A stretch of 57,002 nucleotides of DNA from a virus (IMGVR_UViG_3300018080_000211:1-57002); one strand, 5' to 3'. Shown: positions 40,191 through 49,152, counted from the stretch's first letter. Notes: generated from the letters alone by a model not told the origin. Translations and numbers: made by a program.

Positions 40191-41312
40191 TTACCATCCT
40201 CTGAATTTGGGGCAGGCTTCTCCAACGCACAGCCCATGTTCATTCTTAATCTTCCCACATGTGTCGTGTTTATATTCTGGCACATGGAAATAAATATGTT
40301 TGATTTGATAAATCCTTCTCGAGCGGAACATTCTGTCAACCCATCTAAATGTCTCACTCATCTTCTCGAATAGCTCGACCACTTGGCCAAAGCTGTATCC
40401 GATTTCCTTGAGCTGAATCACCGTCATTCTCCGAGTTGGATGAGTTGGATTGCGGCTGAACAGGTCGTTGTGTACACACATTCGAGGAATGAGCGCTTTG
40501 ATAAGCTCGTGGAAGTCATCGTCAGGCACGGATGAATATTCACGAGTGGACACAATCCGCTCTCCCTCGATAAGCTCTTTGTCTGCCGCATACTCGAGTA
40601 TGTCAATGCCAAACTTCTCGATGAGGTCATCCAAATCCAGCTTCGCTTCGGGCAAATTAGGGATAAAAAGTGTGGGGGCACGAGCATTTTCTATGATTTC
40701 GTAAATGGAGTTGTCCACGACCTCTTCAGCCTTGACAGGACAACAGAATGTATCCCCAATCAAATATTGCTTGTGCTTCTCCTCTCTCGCATATCTCGAC
40801 ATTGGGACACGGCACAATCTTCTTGGCTCTTTACACATGCCATCCATCGTGCGAAGCTCGAGCTTGTCCTTGAGCCAATTGTGAACCGCTCGAGTCTTTG
40901 CCTTCAGCTCTTCATCGTACAGGTGAACAGAAGGCTTCAATCGAATGAAATGGTGGAAGCCTTTTGAACCAGAGAATGAATTGATAAATGGCAAGCCTTC
41001 CTTCTGACAAAACTCGATAAGCTTGATGGTGTCGAGTTGCGCATTTTCAGGCTTCTCTTTGTCATCAAAATCGGTGAACAGATTTCCCACTCTCACGCTC
41101 TTGACAGATGGCGGATGAAATCTTTGGTCAAGCTCGGGATAGCTGTTGTGAGAAGTGAAGCAGATAGCTCGACCAGTGTTTGCTTTGAACCACCTCGCAA
41201 ACTCTTCCCGATTGTACACTGGGGTTTGAATTGGGTCGCCAACCATTCGAGGAAAATCCATGAAGCCATAGGCATCCCATAGCTTGTACAAATCTCCGAG
41301 CTTGGCTTTCAT
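40191..41312 (-). CDS. Archaeo-eukaryotic primase: PriS catalytic domain fused to a PriL-like Fe-S domain
   Basis: DFD, FSGSKGFH, D...RLCRVP; C-terminal C...H..R...YQIKHI...TCGKI...LC...C. Confidence 0.85.
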   Translation of the reverse strand: MKAKLGDLYKLWDAYGFMDFPRMVGDPIQTPVYNREEFARWFKANTGRAICFTSHNSYPELDQRFHPPSVKSVRVGNLFTDFDDKEKPENAQLDTIKLIEFCQKEGLPFINSFSGSKGFHHFIRLKPSVHLYDEELKAKTRAVHNWLKDKLELRTMDGMCKEPRRLCRVPMSRYAREEKHKQYLIGDTFCCPVKAEEVVDNSIYEIIENARAPTLFIPNLPEAKLDLDDLIEKFGIDILEYAADKELIEGERIVSTREYSSVPDDDFHELIKALIPRMCVHNDLFSRNPTHPTRRMTVIQLKEIGYSFGQVVELFEKMSETFRWVDRMFRSRRIYQIKHIYFHVPEYKHDTCGKIKNEHGLCVGEACPKFRGW

Positions 41313-42124
41313 CCTTCCCACTCCAATGAATAGACAGGCAGGATTGCCTCTGGTGCAAACTTCCTCTTGAGCTGCGCCAAGCCTTCACTGTCGAGGTCGC
41401 TGCCGTCATTAACGAAAGGGAAGCCTATGTCAAGCACTTGTCGGTGGAAATCCCATCTGACATAATCGACCAAATACTTGATGGTGTGAACCGATTTGGA
41501 GATGAGGAAGGACACGGTGGAATAGGACAGTGGAGCGCCCACATTAAAAGCCACCATTTCGCCATCCAGCCAGTATCCCCTATGGTATAGGTTGAATTGG
41601 GTCATATTCTTGAGGATTTTGGTGTTATATGCGATGTCGTCAAATTCATCGGATTGGCTGTGATACTTCTCGCAAAGCTCAATCGCTCTCGGAAGGTCGG
41701 ACAATGATAATGGTTTCACCTCAAGCTCCAGACCGAAGTTGCGCACATTGTTGCGAAGCTTCTTGAGTTTGCCACCATGCAATCCCACGACCTTCTCGGT
41801 GCTGTTGATGTAATTATTATCGATTTGTTCAATATTAAAACCTTGGAATACAAGTGGATGTATTTTTGTTGATATATTATGTGGAGCAAATAAAATCTCA
41901 AGCTCACCAAAGGTCTTGTAGTGGCGCTGAAGAGCTTCATCGATGCGACCTTTCAGGATTGGTGGGACAAGCAGCAAGCCTTCCTCGTTGGTCAAGCGCC
42001 ACCCATCGAAGTTGATGTCATAGTCTTGACAACACCAAAGCTCTGGTGAGCTGTACCAAAAGTCAAGCTCCGCTTCCTTGAGTGCAGCAGATAGCTGCTT
42101 GTAGATTTCCACCGTGAGTTTCAT
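41309..42124 (-). CDS. DUF2156 (LPG synthase C-terminal / Fem-like) aminoacyl-tRNA-dependent transferase-like protein
   Basis: LHGGKLKKLRNNVRNF; DGEMVAF; VNDGSDLDSEGLAQLKRKFAP. Confidence 0.7.
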   Translation of the reverse strand: MKLTVEIYKQLSAALKEAELDFWYSSPELWCCQDYDINFDGWRLTNEEGLLLVPPILKGRIDEALQRHYKTFGELEILFAPHNISTKIHPLVFQGFNIEQIDNNYINSTEKVVGLHGGKLKKLRNNVRNFGLELEVKPLSLSDLPRAIELCEKYHSQSDEFDDIAYNTKILKNMTQFNLYHRGYWLDGEMVAFNVGAPLSYSTVSFLISKSVHTIKYLVDYVRWDFHRQVLDIGFPFVNDGSDLDSEGLAQLKRKFAPEAILPVYSLEWEG

Positions 42125-42125
42125 C

Positions 42126-42218
42126 TCACTCTTCCTTTCTGCTCTTCTTGCCCGATAGGGTGAGTGGTCTGTGTGCTCGAGATTTCTTCAGACCACCCTT
42201 GCTCGATTTTCCACCCAT
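42126..42218 (-). CDS. 30-aa basic Gly/Ser/Lys-rich peptide (not in ORF track)
   Basis: MGGKSSKGGLKKSRAHRPLTLSGKKSRKEE; GAGGGAG upstream; fills the gap between genes. Confidence 0.45.
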   Translation of the reverse strand: MGGKSSKGGLKKSRAHRPLTLSGKKSRKEE

Positions 42219-42219
42219 G

Positions 42220-42360
42220 TTAATTCGCTCCCTCGATTTTGACGGTGATGTGCGCTCCGCATCGAGTGCAACCACCGCTCTTCTCTGTTGTTCCTTCGTG
42301 AAGCTCCTGTGACAATCTGTTCCAGAGCTTCCTTGCTGTCTTCATGCAACAGGTATTCAC
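42220..42360 (-). CDS. Small Cys-containing protein (not in ORF track)
   Basis: VNTCCMKTARKLW...GCTRCGAHI. Confidence 0.5.
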   Translation of the reverse strand: MNTCCMKTARKLWNRLSQELHEGTTEKSGGCTRCGAHITVKIEGAN

Positions 42361-42364
42361 TCGC

Positions 42365-43081
42365 TCACCGCTTGTACTTCATTGGGCTTATGATAACCTT
42401 TGCTGTCAGGCTTCCCATCAGGATTTGACCGAAGATTTTGCCACCATCTTCCTCGATGGATAGGTCAATCACCGACTCATCCGTCAGTATAGGCAAGCTC
42501 TTGAACTCGATGGTTGGCACGATTGTCTCAACCTCTTCGACCTCTTCTGATTGCGTGTGAGCAAGAAGGCCACCGCTCGATTTCAGTGGCACTTCGTTGG
42601 TGAAGATTTCATCCCCTGTCGTTGTCATCTGCTCAAACACAACTCTATCTTCGTTGCGCATGACCTTCAGGATATGGATGCCATCGTCAATCACCTCGAA
42701 GGCTTTGACAGGAAGCTTGAATGAATTATCCATCTTCCAGAATTTGTCGATTGCCTTCTTGCCCTTCTCGAACAGGTTGCCACACGATGGGACATTGACC
42801 TTTTTGTTGATGCCCTTCCGCTTCCACTTGAAGTCAATATCCTTCTCGTGTCCATCGATAGTGAGTGGAGAGTTTGCGTCAGGGAAGAGGTGGCTTTTGA
42901 ATGCCACTTCCTCGTCAAACTCCTTGTTCTCCAACAGCACTATAATCGAGTGCATGTCATTGGCGAGAAGCATACCACCCTCGCCAATTGATATGTTCGC
43001 TCCTGTCTTGCTGCCCTTGTTTATCTTGTCCCCAAAATCGCACATGCGAGTTAAGTGGGGAAATATCTTGTCTATTTTCAT
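42365..43081 (-). CDS. Divergent sliding-clamp (PCNA)-like protein
   Basis: 238 aa with clamp-like alpha/beta periodicity; ends AKVIISP; replisome context. Confidence 0.4.
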   Translation of the reverse strand: MKIDKIFPHLTRMCDFGDKINKGSKTGANISIGEGGMLLANDMHSIIVLLENKEFDEEVAFKSHLFPDANSPLTIDGHEKDIDFKWKRKGINKKVNVPSCGNLFEKGKKAIDKFWKMDNSFKLPVKAFEVIDDGIHILKVMRNEDRVVFEQMTTTGDEIFTNEVPLKSSGGLLAHTQSEEVEEVETIVPTIEFKSLPILTDESVIDLSIEEDGGKIFGQILMGSLTAKVIISPMKYKR

Positions 43082-44532
43082 TTGCTATACACCTCTGCAA
43101 GTCTTTCATAATCTCTTCTCAATCTCTCTTCTTTGTAGTCGTACACTATGCCCTTGTCATCATATCCGACCGCTCTCACTCCACCGCACCAATCCATCGC
43201 CCATGGGCTGTACTTCAGCTTGTTCCATATGACATAGCTGTTCATAAAGATTTCACGGTTGAGGCTTTCAGCCTTCCTCTCAAGAATGTCTGCCCAACCG
43301 ACTCTTCCACCGCTCTTGACTATTTCACGAGCGAGGGACAGAGTGTTGAAGGTATTAAATCCTGCATCCTTGAAGTAATCCCCTACACCGCAACAAATGT
43401 CATCGCTGTTGTATGGGATTGTGTGGAAGTTGAAAGTGCTATGACCTATGCCAGCATCCTGCAATTTGAACCCAAGCTTCTCGAGGAAGAGTGAGCCAAC
43501 CAATTGCCATTCTGAAGTAGCACGAAACATCTGGTCATAATCGAAGCCTTGAATGTAGAAATTTTCACGGATGCCCGCATTGTGAGCATAGTAGTGGTAT
43601 GTGTCTGATGTCACATGTGGCGCTCCTGCCTCGAGGCAGGCATCCACATACTGCGGCAAGTGCTCTTCAGTGATGTTGATATAGGCCATTGATGGTTCAA
43701 TTCTCGGGATAGCTCTGATGCCGACTTCGTTGAGCTGCTTCACTAATTTGAAGCGCTCGGTCGAGGATGGTGCAGCCATCTCAATCTTCCTCGCAATCTT
43801 ATCATCCACATGAGTTATCGTCACATGGACAGCGATGTTCTTGCCCATCTCGCAAATCTGCTTGAACCACTCTCCCTCTCCGAGCAAAACCGACTTGGTG
43901 TTTATCATCATCGGATAGTCGTGGTCATGGATTGTTTTGAGTGCTGTTAAAGCCACCTTCTTTTGCTTCTCGACTGGGATAAAATCTTCAGTCCTAATAC
44001 CCAGCCTGATTGGTATCCTTCGCTCTATGGCCTTCTTCAACTCACCCTTACAATTGCCTGCCAGTATCTTCTCCAGCTCGTTGGTCACATATTCCTTCGA
44101 GGAAGCTCTGACCTTGGCAAGCTCCCAGTTGTCATAGAATGCCGCATACAAGCTCTGTTCAAAGAGCTTTGCGAAGCAATAGATGCACTGGAAGCAAAGG
44201 CCACCACTGTACACATCCATGTTCAGTGGCATTGGGCACTCACTCGCTCGGCAGCTGACTTCAAGCATTGAACCGTAATCGCTTGGAAGCTCTCGCTTCT
44301 GTTCCTTCCATTCCTCTTCGAGAAGGTCGAAGGTTGCCTGAAGCTCTGCTCTCTTGTGTCGCTCGATTGACCTCAAGTCAGGCTTATCTTTGGCGTGCAT
44401 TGTCGGGAATAGTGGTTGTTTTGCTGGCATGATTTTGTTGATGTCGATTGACTCGATTTGTTCTTTGACTATGTCCCTTGTTTTGTCACCGACAAACCCT
44501 TTCACCCTGCTTTCAATTGTCATTTGTTTCAC
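43078..44532 (-). CDS. Radical SAM protein (SPL-like), B
   Basis: CPMPLNMDVYSGGLCFQCIYCF; INTKS; IE..APSSTERF; PRIEP; C-terminal CCG. Confidence 0.8.
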   Translation of the reverse strand: MKQMTIESRVKGFVGDKTRDIVKEQIESIDINKIMPAKQPLFPTMHAKDKPDLRSIERHKRAELQATFDLLEEEWKEQKRELPSDYGSMLEVSCRASECPMPLNMDVYSGGLCFQCIYCFAKLFEQSLYAAFYDNWELAKVRASSKEYVTNELEKILAGNCKGELKKAIERRIPIRLGIRTEDFIPVEKQKKVALTALKTIHDHDYPMMINTKSVLLGEGEWFKQICEMGKNIAVHVTITHVDDKIARKIEMAAPSSTERFKLVKQLNEVGIRAIPRIEPSMAYINITEEHLPQYVDACLEAGAPHVTSDTYHYYAHNAGIRENFYIQGFDYDQMFRATSEWQLVGSLFLEKLGFKLQDAGIGHSTFNFHTIPYNSDDICCGVGDYFKDAGFNTFNTLSLAREIVKSGGRVGWADILERKAESLNREIFMNSYVIWNKLKYSPWAMDWCGGVRAVGYDDKGIVYDYKEERLRRDYERLAEVYSK

Positions 44533-44533
44533 C

Positions 44534-45781
44534 TCATAGATGTGCCAACAAGTCTGGCTTCGACTTCCTGCGCTTCCAGATTACCATCCCATCGCTATCC
44601 TCACCAGCTGCGTCAATATAAAAGTTGTCATATAAATCTCGCATGCCGTACATTTTTTCATCCACCTCATTCCACAATCGCTTCATGAGTTGATAATCCT
44701 TTTTGTTGTACAGAACTGGCGAAGCTTCCACCATGTCCTTCCAGCGCACTTCACCCTTCTCTTTGAGAACAGCGCAAGCGTGTCGGAATGTGAACTTGTT
44801 GAAGCCATCTGGCCATATCAGGTCGATGCCGCAACAACTCTCACACGCACTGTCGTATGGCATATTGACCCAATCAGCGCTCGAGGTCGGAATGCCATAT
44901 GACTTGAACAACTTCATTATCCTTTGTGCGTTGGGCTTCCATGGTTCATCCGCATTGGCCTTCCACATTCGCTCGAAGTCAAACCCTGCCTTCTCGAATT
45001 TGACTTTGGCCATTGGCCTTCTGGAGCTGTGATAATTGTAGAATGTAATGTGTTGGCAACCGCTCTCAACCGCTTCCTCTGCATATGCCCGCAGCTCCTC
45101 TTCACTGTCATTGATTGTTGGCATTACTGGTTCATGTTTTACAGCAGCCCATATACCACTGTCATTCAAGGTCTTGATGGCCTTCCATCTGGCCTTCGGT
45201 GTAGGTGCTTTTGGCTCGAGCTTCCTGATTTTTTCAGGTGTCCCTGCTATGATGGATATGACTGGAGCTGCTTTCATCTCCGAGATTACATCAAAGTATG
45301 GCGATTTTGCTGGAAGGTCTGATTTGACGAGTAGTAGAACGGGGTGGTCATAATCCTTGAATAGATTAAGGATTTTCAGTGTTATCTCCTGCTCTCGCTC
45401 GATTGGTAGCATGAATGGTTCAGAGCGCACGCCAAGACCGAAGGCAATGCCCATCCGCAGACCGAGTGCTATTTTGTTCTTGGTCTGCTTCTCGGAATAG
45501 GCAAGTGCGAGCATCTTCTCATACTGCTTCAAATCAGCTGGGCGCACCGTGTTGGGAGTCCAGTTGTCATAGTAGGCAGGGAAGATAGTGCTTTCAAGCT
45601 CTCGACAGAAACAGAAGGTGCAGTGGATACTACACCCATGATAACTGTCGCCACCGAGCGCTTGGGGGCACACATGCTGGTCGCCACGAATGAACATGGG
45701 CTGCTTGAACTTCTCGGGAAGCTCTCGCTTGTTGCCATCGGTCTGGCGCTGGAAGTAAAAGTCAAACTCTTTGTCAGGCAT
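44534..45781 (-). CDS. Radical SAM protein (SPL-like), A
   Basis: DSYHGCSIHCTFCFC (CxxxCxxC); SEPF; LEPKAPTPKARW; SCCG. Confidence 0.85.
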   Translation of the reverse strand: MPDKEFDFYFQRQTDGNKRELPEKFKQPMFIRGDQHVCPQALGGDSYHGCSIHCTFCFCRELESTIFPAYYDNWTPNTVRPADLKQYEKMLALAYSEKQTKNKIALGLRMGIAFGLGVRSEPFMLPIEREQEITLKILNLFKDYDHPVLLLVKSDLPAKSPYFDVISEMKAAPVISIIAGTPEKIRKLEPKAPTPKARWKAIKTLNDSGIWAAVKHEPVMPTINDSEEELRAYAEEAVESGCQHITFYNYHSSRRPMAKVKFEKAGFDFERMWKANADEPWKPNAQRIMKLFKSYGIPTSSADWVNMPYDSACESCCGIDLIWPDGFNKFTFRHACAVLKEKGEVRWKDMVEASPVLYNKKDYQLMKRLWNEVDEKMYGMRDLYDNFYIDAAGEDSDGMVIWKRRKSKPDLLAHL

Positions 45782-46701
45782 TAGTCCTCACCAAGCTCAA
45801 GGTCATCGTCATCGTCATCCTCTTCGCTCTCTTCCTCGACCTCTTCAGCTTCCTCGCTTCCTTCCTCGCTTTCTGACTCGTCATCATCCTCTTCTTCAGC
45901 TTCCTCTTCTTCACGCTCACGCTCTGCTTGCACCTCATCGTATTGAGCAACGAGATAACCAACTGTCAGGTTGTCCCCTTCCTTCAGTATCCAGATGGGA
46001 TGCTCTATGTCTTGACCGTACAAGGATATGCTTCCAGAAAGCACCGACATCACTTCAGCGAAGTTGCTGCCAAGGATTATCTCAAATCCCTTCTTGACCT
46101 TTGCATCGAGCGGTCGAGCTATTCCTGTTGCATGCGCTTCCATCGAGCCAATCAGTGCAAGGCTTCCCTTTTTGTTGAAGGTCAACCTGACAACCTTGAT
46201 TTCCTTCTGGCCATACACAAGCGTTGTCGGTGATAGGATTGCGTTGATTTCACTGGCCTTGATTTTGACCTCGCTCCATTCCATCTCGCCAAGCACTGGC
46301 AGGTTGTCCTTGACCTTCAACTGTGAGGCATCTTCAATCCTCGCAGCGTCAGCATCGCTGGGGGTGAGTTGAGCTTCATACTTATCACCCTTCAAGTGCA
46401 CGGTCGTGCCTCTGTGTTGGATGGTAATCTCCTCATCATCACCAAAGAGCTTATTGACCCAATCGACAAGCTCTGCGTCAATGACATATTGACCGCTCTT
46501 GCCCGTGAGCTTCAGCTTCTCCGCTTTGCCCCAAGTGAATGCTGTATGGTCGCTGGTAATCCATGACCAAGCAATCGACTTCTTTTTTATGTTCACTTCA
46601 GCTATCAGCGGTGAGAACAGTGCTGAACCACCGCTCTCTCTGGCAGTCATCTTGCTGATAAGACCTGCCACCGCTCCTGCTTTGCCTTTCAATTCAAACA
46701 T
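45781..46701 (-). CDS. PCNA-like sliding clamp with an acidic tail
   Basis: About 250-aa clamp-like core ending PIWI...VGYLVA; RFC and PolB in the same operon. Confidence 0.7.
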   Translation of the reverse strand: MFELKGKAGAVAGLISKMTARESGGSALFSPLIAEVNIKKKSIAWSWITSDHTAFTWGKAEKLKLTGKSGQYVIDAELVDWVNKLFGDDEEITIQHRGTTVHLKGDKYEAQLTPSDADAARIEDASQLKVKDNLPVLGEMEWSEVKIKASEINAILSPTTLVYGQKEIKVVRLTFNKKGSLALIGSMEAHATGIARPLDAKVKKGFEIILGSNFAEVMSVLSGSISLYGQDIEHPIWILKEGDNLTVGYLVAQYDEVQAEREREEEEAEEEDDDESESEEGSEEAEEVEEESEEDDDDDDLELGED

Positions 46702-46713
46702 TTTTTCACCTCA

Positions 46714-47730
46714 TTACAAATCTCCAAGTTCAATCTCTTCTTCATCGTCATCGCTGTCTTGCTGCTTCTCTGGTGCTCCCTTTGGCTTCTCTGCGCTCTT
46801 CGACTTCTTGCCCTTGTACTTCTGCAACCAACTGAAGCTCGGCATCTTAACGCCACGCTTCTTGGTGTCCTTCTTGAGCATCTCACCATACTTCTCGAGG
46901 AAGGCTGTGAAGCTCTTCTCGGGAAGCACGAGCTTTGTGAAGTTGTGCGTCAAGCTCCGAAGCTTCCTGCTGTCTGCGAACCATTTGCCTTTGTCATAGT
47001 ACAGGCGCAGGATAAAGTCCACTCTCGCATCATTGCCCTTCTGACCAGCTGCCACGACCTTCTCGACTTCCATATCACCCTCTTGAAATTTGCGAGTCGT
47101 TGGGTGAGCTGTCCATAGTAGATTGTACTCACCTCGAGCTGCTTTGTTTGCAAGCTCATTGTGTAGTGGGTTGATGTTTCGATAGTCCAGCATTTGGTCG
47201 AGCGCTGGAAGAGTCTTTTTGCCTCGTGCATAAGCTTCCTCTTGGCGCTCCATCAGGAGCTGAACATATGGTATGCGATAGGTTGCTTCAACATAATCTC
47301 GCTGACAGAAATACCAGACACTGCCCATGTTCTCTATGACCAGCCAGCCATCCATTCCTGTTTCAGCTTTATGCTCAATCAGGCGCTGGTCAAAGATTTT
47401 GAAAGCATCATAGACCTGCCAGATGTCATCGCACTTCGCATACTGTATGCACTCCTGATACTCGAGAGGAATGATTTGAGAGAAGAGGAGAGGTGCAACA
47501 CCTTCCTTGTCGCAGTCAATGAAGCAGAGCAGGATTTTATCGAGAGGTATGCCCATCACCTCGTGCATGTGAGTGATTAGTTGTAGGATGAAGTTTGATT
47601 TGCCTGACCCAGCCATTCCTTCGAGCTGGATGCGAAGCACATTGAAATCCTTCCCTTTATCCGCTCCTGACACGATGTTCACGCATGACTTCCCTGCCAT
47701 GCTCTTCTTCAATGAATCAGCGATTGACAT
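46714..47730 (-). CDS. RecA-fold P-loop ATPase (AAA_24/Sak4-like)
   Basis: GMAGSGKS, FIDCD, LVIE, WTAH; next to an SSB-like gene. Confidence 0.7.
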   Translation of the reverse strand: MSIADSLKKSMAGKSCVNIVSGADKGKDFNVLRIQLEGMAGSGKSNFILQLITHMHEVMGIPLDKILLCFIDCDKEGVAPLLFSQIIPLEYQECIQYAKCDDIWQVYDAFKIFDQRLIEHKAETGMDGWLVIENMGSVWYFCQRDYVEATYRIPYVQLLMERQEEAYARGKKTLPALDQMLDYRNINPLHNELANKAARGEYNLLWTAHPTTRKFQEGDMEVEKVVAAGQKGNDARVDFILRLYYDKGKWFADSRKLRSLTHNFTKLVLPEKSFTAFLEKYGEMLKKDTKKRGVKMPSFSWLQKYKGKKSKSAEKPKGAPEKQQDSDDDEEEIELGDL

Positions 47731-47743
47731 TGTTCCTCACCTC

Positions 47744-48907
47744 TCAATCTTCTCCAAGGTCAATCATTCCACCGTCATCATCGTCATCGTCATCTTCCTT
47801 CTTGGGCTTCTTGGTGGGCTTCTTTTTGTCCTTCTTTTTGGGCTTGGGCTTCTCTTCCTCTTCCTCTTCCTCTGCCTCAAGCTCCTCATCATCGTCATCG
47901 ACCTCTTCGCTGTCCTGCTCTTCCTCTTCCTCATCTCCAGACAGGTCAACCTCGCTCTCATCGTCAAGTGGCTCATCTTCCTCTTCGTCATCCACCTCTT
48001 CGACCTGTTCCCTTGGGATTGGAATTATTGGAACAATGACATTCGCTGTCATCCCAACTCTGCCCTCATCATCCTTGTCTATCTGACCCAAGAAGAGCAG
48101 TGAGCTTCCTTCAGCATAGAGCACCTGCGATTTGTCCACCATGATGGACAGGCCACCGTGCTTCTTGATGTCCTCAATATCGAGGGAGTCGTCAATGCAG
48201 ACAAACCTGCCATATGTGTATCCGCTCTGGGATGTCATGACGGCAGCATATGTCACATCTCCTCGAATGAGTCGCATATCGCTCCTGACCTTCTTGTTGC
48301 ATACATTGAACTCTGCGTCAGCAATCGGCACGACCTTGAAAAGCTCCTGCAAGACCTCATCTGGATTTGCATCCATCTGCTCCTCGCTCTCCTTGAAGTG
48401 AGTCAGACCTTCGATTGCTCCAAGCTCAAAGATGCCTTTCACGAGGTCGAGAGTGCATTGCGCTTTGTAGGTCATTCCACGCTCGACTTCCTCGACAAGC
48501 TTGGTGTTGTCATCGAACATCACGAGTGAAAAATATTTCAGCTCTTGCTCGGAGTCGGTCGCATCCTCATCGATGCATACACCCAGCCCATAGATGTCAG
48601 CCCTGTCGTATGGCTCTTTGCTCTTGTCCTTCGGTGTTATCCTTCTCGGTTTGGTGAAGTCCAAAACCAATAGCTCCATCTCACGACCTCTCCTGACGAG
48701 TGGGGTGGTGTGTGTTGCTTTCAATATTCTCAAGGCATGCTCGACCTTCGCATCATCCTCGAAGGATTTCAATACAGGCTTTTTTATAATTGTCTTCAAT
48801 TCCTTCGTGAGTTCATCCATTACTTCTTTTGTCTTCCTGCCTGATGCTTCGGCAAGTGCCTTTGCCCAGTTTTTAAGCTCTGCGGCTTGCTTCTTTTTTA
48901 TTTTCAT
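47744..48907 (-). CDS. OB-fold ssDNA-binding (RPA-like) protein with an acidic tail
   Basis: Two beta-rich OB-like segments; long D/E tail ending IDLGED. Confidence 0.55.
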   Translation of the reverse strand: MKIKKKQAAELKNWAKALAEASGRKTKEVMDELTKELKTIIKKPVLKSFEDDAKVEHALRILKATHTTPLVRRGREMELLVLDFTKPRRITPKDKSKEPYDRADIYGLGVCIDEDATDSEQELKYFSLVMFDDNTKLVEEVERGMTYKAQCTLDLVKGIFELGAIEGLTHFKESEEQMDANPDEVLQELFKVVPIADAEFNVCNKKVRSDMRLIRGDVTYAAVMTSQSGYTYGRFVCIDDSLDIEDIKKHGGLSIMVDKSQVLYAEGSSLLFLGQIDKDDEGRVGMTANVIVPIIPIPREQVEEVDDEEEDEPLDDESEVDLSGDEEEEEQDSEEVDDDDEELEAEEEEEEEKPKPKKKDKKKPTKKPKKEDDDDDDDGGMIDLGED

Positions 48908-49152
48908 TCTTTCACATCTCCTGTCTTTTTGAGAGTGTCCATTTCAGCCTTGGGGAATTCAAATATCAAAAAGGTCGTGTCGTGTGTTTCAGCTTTTGAT
49001 ACTCGCTTTGGCTCGGGATAGTGCACTGGGCTTCCAAATATGTCCCTGAAAGCCTGTGGCACTTTCAAGTATCCGAGCTTGCGCTGAATGACATTCTCGA
49101 TGCTCAATTGTTCTCTATCAGTTATTGGTGTCATTAACATCTTCTCGAACAC
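48904..49152 (-). CDS. Hypothetical protein
   Basis: GCAGGAG RBS; first gene after the conserved promoter. Confidence 0.55.
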   Translation of the reverse strand: MFEKMLMTPITDREQLSIENVIQRKLGYLKVPQAFRDIFGSPVHYPEPKRVSKAETHDTTFLIFEFPKAEMDTLKKTGDVKE

